A DNA stretch of 64,000 bases from an uncultured Phycisphaerales bacterium (GTDB taxonomy: Bacteria; Planctomycetota; Phycisphaerae; Phycisphaerales; SM1A02), in contig CALKEP010000001.1 in assembly GCA_938084645.1 (NCBI GenBank), positions 32,001 to 96,000 of the forward strand. Reading direction: 5' to 3'. The notes beneath the pieces were generated by a model, which did not search any database, was not told where the DNA came from, and saw only the letters and a program-made list of their open reading frames with translations. The translations under genes were made by a program, and so were the position numbers. This document shows, piece after piece, positions 30,044 to 36,621 of the stretch. Position 1 is the stretch's first letter. Each line of letters starts with the position of its first letter.

Positions 30044-30071
30044 TGAAGGGAAAGGGGAGGCGATCCGATAT
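30044..30071 (+). promoter_or_regulatory. Candidate sigma28-like promoter
   Basis: TGAA-N16-TCCGATAT upstream of the PilZ-like gene (consensus TAAA-N15-GCCGATAA). Confidence 0.35.
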
Positions 30072-30155
30072 CTAGTGCGACGGCTCGCGTGGGGTGAGCC
30101 GTCGAGAGAGCCCGGTCGCTGGAGAGCGACCGATCACCACCTGAGCACGCCAGAC

Positions 30156-30476
30156 ATGACGACGCACGACGAAACCGTACACGGAACCGGATTCATCTCC
30201 TCGACCCTCTCGATCTCCGGGGGGACGCCGATCGACGGATCGGCCACCCTGTTCCATCTCGATGGGGAGCGCTTCGGCGAGATGCACTCGCTGGTCGAAC
30301 TGGCGATCTCGGATCAGGCCCTCGAAGGTCGGGCCGCCACCCCGCTCTCGGCCGGTGCCGCGGTATCGCTCGGCTTCGAGGCGCCGGGGACGCCGGCACG
30401 GCACGGCGAGGTCGTCAAGTGCGATCCCTGTGGCGAGGGTTGGCGGATCGGCATCCGCCTCGCCGCCGCGGCCTGA
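30156..30476 (+). CDS. PilZ-like beta-barrel protein (degenerate c-di-GMP motifs)
   Basis: PLSAGAAVSLGF...GEVVKC...GWRIGIRL matches the PilZ C-terminal pattern; no RxxxR. Confidence 0.6.
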   Translation: MTTHDETVHGTGFISSTLSISGGTPIDGSATLFHLDGERFGEMHSLVELAISDQALEGRAATPLSAGAAVSLGFEAPGTPARHGEVVKCDPCGEGWRIGIRLAAAA

Positions 30477-30562
30477 TCGATCACCGCTGGAGTCCGACGA
30501 CAACAAGCACTGAAGCGATCCCGTCCGGCGGTCCGGTCGGGATCGTCGCATTCCGGGGGGAT

Positions 30563-30588
30563 CCGGCGTCGGCGACGACGCCGGTTTT
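30563..30588 (+). terminator. Intrinsic terminator after PilZ-like gene
   Basis: CCGGCGTCG-GCGA-CGACGCCGG followed by TTTT. Confidence 0.7.
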
Positions 30589-30898
30589 CGGACGGTAAAG
30601 CGCCGACTGGATGATCTGGCGCGGATCGCCCGGTGTGGAGGCGATCGGATTCGGCCCGTTCCACCGGTGCAGGATCGATTCACGATCTCGTTGAACCGAA
30701 GTTCCACCTGCCGGACAAATCGTCCGGTGTTGGACGTCGTCGCTGGAGGGAAGGACGACTCGCCAACTTCGCCCGATCGGTCGTGGTGCGGACGATCGGG
30801 TGTTTCCGGCGGTGACCACGTGTGTCTCCGTGAACGAGGCGGCGGAGTGCCGCGAAGTGTGTAATCGAAACGAATCTTCCCGCTAAGGAGCTGGACAC

Positions 30899-31324
30899 AT
30901 GAACAAGCGTCGAAACAACGTCAAGCGTGGCTTCACCCTGATCGAAATCCTGATCGTGGTCGTGATTCTCGGCATTCTCGCCGCGATCATCATTCCGCAG
31001 TTCACGGATGCCGCCCAGGATGCCGGTGCCTCGAGCGCCCGCAGCCAGCTGCAGACCATGCGGAGCCAGATCGAGCTCTATCGGGTTCAGAACAACGGTG
31101 CGGCGCCCGCCGACGATGGTGCCGGTGCCGGCCCCTGGACCGAGCTGGTCACCGAGAACTACATCCGTTCCGCCCCGAACTGGCCGAACGGGTTCGCGTC
31201 GGTCTATGACGCCACCGCCGGTGATCTCACGCTCACCTTCGACACCACCGTCGCGCCGGTTCCCGACGTCGACGGCAACGGCGCCAGCGAGGCGGCCGAT
31301 GTGACGGCCATCGAAGCCTGGTGA
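30899..31324 (+). CDS. Major type IV pilin/pseudopilin (GspG/PilA-like)
   Basis: SD AAGGAG; basic leader, G|FTLIEILIVVVILGILAAIIIPQF, IELYR. Confidence 0.93.
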   Translation: MNKRRNNVKRGFTLIEILIVVVILGILAAIIIPQFTDAAQDAGASSARSQLQTMRSQIELYRVQNNGAAPADDGAGAGPWTELVTENYIRSAPNWPNGFASVYDATAGDLTLTFDTTVAPVPDVDGNGASEAADVTAIEAW

Positions 31325-31343
31325 TCCAGCGACGATGAACAAC

Positions 31344-31380
31344 GCGGCATCCCGATCGAAAGGTCGGGATGCCGCTTCGT
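31344..31380 (+). terminator. Hairpin after first pilin
   Basis: GCGGCATCCCGATC-GAAA-GGTCGGGATGCCGC followed by TTCGT. Confidence 0.7.
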
Positions 31381-31477
31381 CCATCCCGTCGGCGAACGTC
31401 GGCGCCGGATGGTCTTGAGGAAAATCTCGAGCATGTTCCGGGGCAGGGGCGATTCGCCTCGAAAAGGGAGCATTGGG

Positions 31478-31921
31478 ATGAGTGAACGCAGTCGATCGAC
31501 GCCGGCCGGATCATCGCGAGGATTCACCCTCATCGAGATCCTGATCGTGGTCGTGATCCTCGGAATTCTCGCGGCGATCATCATTCCGCAGTTCGCCAGC
31601 GCCCAGAGCAGCGCCCGGGCGACCGCGATGCGGTCACAGCTCGGAACCGTGCGGAGCCAGATCGCGGCCTGGCAGGTCCAGAACAACGGCCGGGTCCCCG
31701 GTGGCGTCTCCGGAACCGCCGAGGAAGCGATGGATCAACTCATCGACGACGGGTTCCTCACCCGCACCGTCTACGTGTCGTCGGGCTTCGTGTGGATCTG
31801 GGATCCCGTGAGGGCCGAGTTGGAGCTCGAGTACGACGCCACGATCGACCCCTCCATCCCGGATGCGGATGGAGACGGTGATGGTGACGCCGACGACGTC
31901 TCGGTGATCCGAGCCTGGTGA
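31478..31921 (+). CDS. Second type IV pilin/pseudopilin paralog
   Basis: G|FTLIEILIVVVILGILAAIIIPQF identical to first pilin; start ATG 31478 after GGGAG. Confidence 0.92.
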   Translation: MSERSRSTPAGSSRGFTLIEILIVVVILGILAAIIIPQFASAQSSARATAMRSQLGTVRSQIAAWQVQNNGRVPGGVSGTAEEAMDQLIDDGFLTRTVYVSSGFVWIWDPVRAELELEYDATIDPSIPDADGDGDGDADDVSVIRAW

Positions 31922-32490
31922 TGGTCGGGCTCCGATCGGGGACTTCTCGAATGCCACGGGGCGGATTCGCCGCACCGTTCACCGTCGATCGGGTACCGCC
32001 GATCCGTCTGGCGATCGAGCTCCTCGTCCTCGCCGTGGTCGTGACGATGTGGACGTCGGGCGCCGTGGCGAAGTTGGGATCGAACCTCGCTTCCGATCGA
32101 GCCGATCTCGTCGAGACGCAACGCCGGATGACGCTGCAGTGGATGCGCGGCGTGGTTCCCCCGGATGCGACCGTCGTCGCCTGGTTCGCGGGCGATGCCT
32201 CGGACGATCTGATGCTCGTCTGCCGATTCGCGGGAAGTGGATCGGAACCGACCTGGTCCGAGACCATGGTGCTCTGGAATCGGGCGACCGTGCCCGGAGT
32301 GCTGGTGGGAATCGCGGATCGCCCCATCGAACTTCCGCCGCGGGACGCGACGATCGACGCCTGGAGGTTGTACCTCATGGATTCGAGGGTCCGGCTGCTC
32401 CCGCTGGGGCGTCCCGACGCCGTGCGACGAACGACCTCCACGGACTCGACTATCGGACGAAGGATTCCGATCGATCCATGCCTCCAGTGA
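31918..32490 (+). CDS. Hypothetical protein with N-terminal TM (possibly degenerate minor pilin)
   Basis: Overlaps pilin stop; LAIELLVLAVVV hydrophobic stretch with Glu. Confidence 0.5.
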   Translation: MMVGLRSGTSRMPRGGFAAPFTVDRVPPIRLAIELLVLAVVVTMWTSGAVAKLGSNLASDRADLVETQRRMTLQWMRGVVPPDATVVAWFAGDASDDLMLVCRFAGSGSEPTWSETMVLWNRATVPGVLVGIADRPIELPPRDATIDAWRLYLMDSRVRLLPLGRPDAVRRTTSTDSTIGRRIPIDPCLQ

Positions 32491-32565
32491 GCCCGAAGGC
32501 CCGACGATTGCGCCGATCCTGCCGGTCGCCTTGCTCACCGTTTGCCGTCGTGGGGCAAGTCCACC

Positions 32566-32592
32566 TCAGATCGGCCGGGGAGATGCCGATGT
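32566..32592 (+). promoter_or_regulatory. Candidate sigma28-like promoter
   Basis: TCAG-N15-GCCGATGT about 35 nt upstream of ATG 32627. Confidence 0.4.
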
Positions 32593-32626
32593 GATCAGGG
32601 ACGAGTCCCTCCCTAGAGGAAACACC

Positions 32627-32983
32627 ATGCGACCTGAACGATCCCTTCGACGTCTTCTCGTGATCAACTCGCTGCTCGCCGTCGCGTTGACCTGGACCCT
32701 GTTCGTCACCGCCGGACCGCTCGTCGGTTCCGCGGAGGCCGCGGGCCAGTATCGATCGACGCGTCGAACCGGTCCCCCCGCGGAAGCCCTGACCGGGGTC
32801 GGAAACGCGGCGGCCCGACAGCGAAAGGAGATCATCGATCGCCTTGGAAAGGTCGAGCAGCAGCTTGCCGAGATGTCGGCCACGCTCACCTCTGGAAAGG
32901 TCGGCGTCCGCATCGTCAACACGGACGAGCTCTCGATCGACTACGACCGCCTGGCGGACGCCGTTCGATCGCGGAGCGAGTGA
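32627..32983 (+). CDS. Small exported/membrane-anchored coiled-coil protein
   Basis: SD AGAGGA; signal/TM then QRKEIIDRLGKVEQQLAEM. Confidence 0.75.
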   Translation: MRPERSLRRLLVINSLLAVALTWTLFVTAGPLVGSAEAAGQYRSTRRTGPPAEALTGVGNAAARQRKEIIDRLGKVEQQLAEMSATLTSGKVGVRIVNTDELSIDYDRLADAVRSRSE

Positions 32984-33010
32984 ATCGATCGTGTCGGAGC
33001 CCATGCAACG

Positions 33011-33574
33011 ATGAAGCGACGCGCCTACACCCTCGTCGAACTCGTGATCGTGATCGCGATTCTCGGGCTCGCCGGAGCCCTTCTGGTGCCCCGACTCATC
33101 AACGCCGACACCTTCACGGTGCAGGCCGCGGTGCGTTCGGTCATCGCGGACCTGACCTTCGCCCAGACGGATGCGCTCGCGATGCAGCGGATTCGTCGTT
33201 TTCAGTTCCTGCGTGATGCGAACGGACGGCTCCACGGCTACGCGATCATCGCCCCGTCCAACCAGTCGCTCTACGACGCGAGCTTCGACGTCGAAAACGC
33301 CGAATATCTCGACGACCGGACGGCCATCGGGACCGACGGTCGTTTCATCGTCGATTTCGACCAGGACGACCGATTCGCGGGGGTCGAGATCACGGACGTC
33401 GACCTCGGCGGCAACGACTGGGTCGCGTTCGACTCGCTCGGGGGCCCGCTCCAGGCGGGGGGGGCGCCCCTCACCAGCACCGGCGAGGTCCGGATGCGCG
33501 GGGCGAGTGGGGCCTATTTGCTCCGTTTGAGTGGATTCACGGGAAAGATCACCGTCGAACGGATCGAAGAATGA
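33011..33574 (+). CDS. Minor pilin (FimT/GspH-like)
   Basis: MKRRA|YTLVELVIVIAILGL; ADLTFAQTDAL; FDSLGGP; TGKITV. Confidence 0.88.
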   Translation: MKRRAYTLVELVIVIAILGLAGALLVPRLINADTFTVQAAVRSVIADLTFAQTDALAMQRIRRFQFLRDANGRLHGYAIIAPSNQSLYDASFDVENAEYLDDRTAIGTDGRFIVDFDQDDRFAGVEITDVDLGGNDWVAFDSLGGPLQAGGAPLTSTGEVRMRGASGAYLLRLSGFTGKITVERIEE

Positions 33575-33645
33575 TTCGGGTCCGTCGGCGTTGACGCCGG
33601 CCGAGCGAGGGAGCGGTCCCTCGACACGGACCCGGAGGCGCCCGG

Positions 33646-34701
33646 ATGTCGATTCGATCCATCTTCAAAATCCGCCGTACGCCGCCCCTCGGCATCGAGT
33701 TCTGCGACCGCGGGCTCCGGCTCGTCCAGGTGCGGGCGGGGAGTGACGAAATTCGTCGTGCCGCCTTCGTTCCCTTCGAACCGGACGGTGACGTGGACCC
33801 CGGTCGTCTTCGCACGGCGCTCCGCGGATTCCGTGGCCGCGATGCGGTCGTGGCGCCGCCGCGGGCCGACATCACGGTTCGGCCTGCCCGACTTCCCCTG
33901 CTGGTGGACGCGGAACTTCGCGAAGCCGCGCGCTGGGAGGCCGCGGGATTGCTGGGGATCGACGCCACCGACGTCGTGGCGGATGCGCTGCCGCTCTCGT
34001 CCGAGACCGATGCGGAGGGAAGGACCGAGATGCTCGTGGTCGCGGCATCGGCCCATGGCCTCGAGGAATGTCTTGCGCCGCTGCTCGCCGCGGGAATCCG
34101 GCCGATCGCGATCGAACCTTCGTTCTTCGGGGCGGGGCGGGCGTTCACCGTTCGGTCTCGTCGGGAGCGGGAACAGCACGACATCCGGGTCATCGTCGAC
34201 GTCGCGGAGACCGAATCCTGGATCGTGGTGACCCGGGGCGATCGGATCATGTTCGCGAAGCGGAGCGACGTGGGCGGCGCATCGTTCGACGCCGAACTCG
34301 CGGCCGGGCTCGGAATCGAGCCGGCGACCGCTCGCCGCACCCGCCTCGACGGAAGAGATCGACCGCTCGAGCCGGAAGTGCTCGCCGAGGTGATGACGGC
34401 CGTTCGGCGGGCCGGAGCGTCACTGGCGGACGAGATCGCGATGGCCGTTCGCTACGTCACCGTGACCACCCGTCTCGGCCGACCCCAGGCGCTGCACCTC
34501 AGCGGGGAAGCGGGCTCGACGCCCGGCCTTCGCGAGACGATCGAAGGTTCGATTCCGGGAATTCCGATCGAGTCGGTGACCTTCGTCGAGGAACGACTGG
34601 AAGCGGCGTCCCGCACCGAGGATTCGGCGCCACTCGAATGGTCCACCGCCTTCGGCCTCGCCATTCGTCCGGTGACGCGACGCGGGAGGGAGGCCGCATG
34701 A
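33646..34701 (+). CDS. pilM: PilM-like actin-fold pilus assembly protein
   Basis: LGIEFCDRGLRLVQV, VIVDVAET, DVGGASFD, LHLSGEAG, AFGLAIR. Confidence 0.75.
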   Translation: MSIRSIFKIRRTPPLGIEFCDRGLRLVQVRAGSDEIRRAAFVPFEPDGDVDPGRLRTALRGFRGRDAVVAPPRADITVRPARLPLLVDAELREAARWEAAGLLGIDATDVVADALPLSSETDAEGRTEMLVVAASAHGLEECLAPLLAAGIRPIAIEPSFFGAGRAFTVRSRREREQHDIRVIVDVAETESWIVVTRGDRIMFAKRSDVGGASFDAELAAGLGIEPATARRTRLDGRDRPLEPEVLAEVMTAVRRAGASLADEIAMAVRYVTVTTRLGRPQALHLSGEAGSTPGLRETIEGSIPGIPIESVTFVEERLEAASRTEDSAPLEWSTAFGLAIRPVTRRGREAA

Positions 34702-35354
34702 CCGGTCGAATGATGGATCTCCGACCGACGGGAGTCCGGCAGCGGGTGGCGAATGCCCGTGAGCGGACTCGCCTCGTGCAGCTCTGTCTTCTTGCCGCGA
34801 CCTGCCTCTCCATGGCCTGGTCCGCGGCCGCATGGAGGCTTCGCGAGGCTCGGGCGGATCATCAACTCGCGGTCACTCGGGCCGACGAGGTCCTGCGGGT
34901 CGAACGCGAACTCGCCGAAATCACCGAACGCTTCGATCTCGCCGGCCGGCGACTCGAGGTCTGGAGACGATGTTCGATTCCGTTCGGAGCGTCGTCGATA
35001 CTCGCCTCGATCGCCAACGACCTTCCCGAATCCGGAACCCTCGAGCGGGTCGAGTTCGACGCGCCCTCGCTGGTCACCGGTCCCGTGCGTGGTGGGCGAG
35101 CCCGGTCGGGGCTCGATTCGACGCGGCGGATCGAGGCGGAGATCGAGGGCTTCACCGCAACCGACGCCGATGTGGCGATCTTCGTCGATGCGCTTCGACG
35201 ACGGCCCCTCTTTCGAGACGTCCGAGTCGAGTCCACTCGTCACCGATCCGTGGCCGACCGCACTGCGCGGGCGTTTCGAATCGTGTTCGAGATCGACCTC
35301 GAGACGGCCAGCCCGGTGCTCGCGACCACGAGCCTCTCGGAGGATGACGAATGA
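34698..35354 (+). CDS. PilN-like protein
   Basis: ATGA overlap; MDLRP (NLLP-like), TM, coiled coil, IEGFTATDADVAIFVDALRRRPLFRDV. Confidence 0.75.
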   Translation: MTGRMMDLRPTGVRQRVANARERTRLVQLCLLAATCLSMAWSAAAWRLREARADHQLAVTRADEVLRVERELAEITERFDLAGRRLEVWRRCSIPFGASSILASIANDLPESGTLERVEFDAPSLVTGPVRGGRARSGLDSTRRIEAEIEGFTATDADVAIFVDALRRRPLFRDVRVESTRHRSVADRTARAFRIVFEIDLETASPVLATTSLSEDDE

Positions 35355-35917
35355 ACGGTGACCGAATCATCCAGGCCGCGGCCGGAATCGGGATCCTCGC
35401 GGCGCTGATCTCGTGGTTCGGCATCGTGCCGCTCCATGCTCGTGCCTCGAGCCAGGAGGCGGAAACGGCTTCGTTGCTGACCCGGGTCGCGGCATCGCCG
35501 ATGCCCGCGGATCGTCTGGTCCCGTTTCGACGGGAACTGGAGCGCCGGGTCGAGATGCTCGATCGCGAATGCCCGTCCGGCGTCGACGAGGGACCGCCGG
35601 ATCTCGCCGGGATCATTCGAGCGCTCTCCCTGCCCATCGACGGTTCGACCGTGATCGACCAGACGTTCACGGCGGAACGAAGCGGGCCGACGGGGTTCGA
35701 TCTCGACCTTCCCTGGGCGGTGACACCGGTTCGAATCGAGTTGACGGCGTCGTGGTCGGCGATCGCCAACGTGCTCGAGTCGATCGAGGCGATGGCGGCA
35801 CCCAATCGAATGACGGAATTCAGGCTTGATCGTGACCTCGAGCCCGACGTCGAGATCGCACGCGTCTCGATCGAGATCGAGGTGCTGCATCGAGTCTCGC
35901 AATCGGAGGAGCAATGA
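35351..35917 (+). CDS. PilO/GspM-like protein
   Basis: N-terminal TM; PVRIELTASWSAIANVLESIE; position after pilN. Confidence 0.65.
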   Translation: MNGDRIIQAAAGIGILAALISWFGIVPLHARASSQEAETASLLTRVAASPMPADRLVPFRRELERRVEMLDRECPSGVDEGPPDLAGIIRALSLPIDGSTVIDQTFTAERSGPTGFDLDLPWAVTPVRIELTASWSAIANVLESIEAMAAPNRMTEFRLDRDLEPDVEIARVSIEIEVLHRVSQSEEQ

Positions 35918-36621
35918 TGACTCGCGGATGCAACGGGATCTCGGGTCGCGAGCGGCTGCGGGCGGTGGCCGCATCGGTCCACCGACATGGCGGCCGCCTG
36001 TTCCGGTTCGCCTCCCGGCGAAGCACCATCACCTCGGGACTGGTGCTGGTCATCCCGGTCGTCGCACTGGCCCAGCCGCTCGGTCTGCTGCTCTGGGCGC
36101 GACTTCGACTGCTGACCACGATTCCGCGGACCGCGATGGCGACCGAGGAACCGACCCGGATCGCCGCGGACCCGGGCGTCGTCCGATTTCCGGACCTTCC
36201 GGCTTCCGGCCTCGATGACGTCTTCGACCGCGATCCCATGCACGTCAGTCCGCATCACTTCCCCAGATCCACACCCCGGGCCACGGAGCTCGAGGTCGGG
36301 CCGAAGTCGGATGGTGGATCGGCCGAAGACGAAGGGCATGAGGCGCGATTGCTGCGGGAACGGCTCGCATTCATCGTCTCCAACGTTCGGGTTCAGGGGT
36401 TGATATCCGACCGGGGGATCGCACTGATCGATGGTCGGGCATGCAGGATCGGGGATGAGATCCCCGTCGGAGCGGAAGGCGTGGAGATGCGCCTGCTCGA
36501 GGTTCGGACCGGGTCGGTCGTGATCGAAGTCGGCGGATGTGAATTCGTGCTCCGGTTGATCGCGGGAGGCAATGGGTCAGTCGACATTCGTCCTCAGGAC
36601 GAGGAGTTCAAGCAACCATGA
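35914..36621 (+). CDS. Membrane-anchored pilus accessory protein (PilP/MshK-like position)
   Basis: TM GLLLWARL; C-terminal VQGLI..ALIDGRACRIGDEI..LLEVRTGSVVI beta domain. Confidence 0.55.
   Translation: MMTRGCNGISGRERLRAVAASVHRHGGRLFRFASRRSTITSGLVLVIPVVALAQPLGLLLWARLRLLTTIPRTAMATEEPTRIAADPGVVRFPDLPASGLDDVFDRDPMHVSPHHFPRSTPRATELEVGPKSDGGSAEDEGHEARLLRERLAFIVSNVRVQGLISDRGIALIDGRACRIGDEIPVGAEGVEMRLLEVRTGSVVIEVGGCEFVLRLIAGGNGSVDIRPQDEEFKQP

Noticed and set aside
30590..30898. c-di-GMP-I riboswitch in the long pilin leader
   Set aside because: Small hairpins are present but I could not find the GEMM consensus; an Infernal search would be decisive
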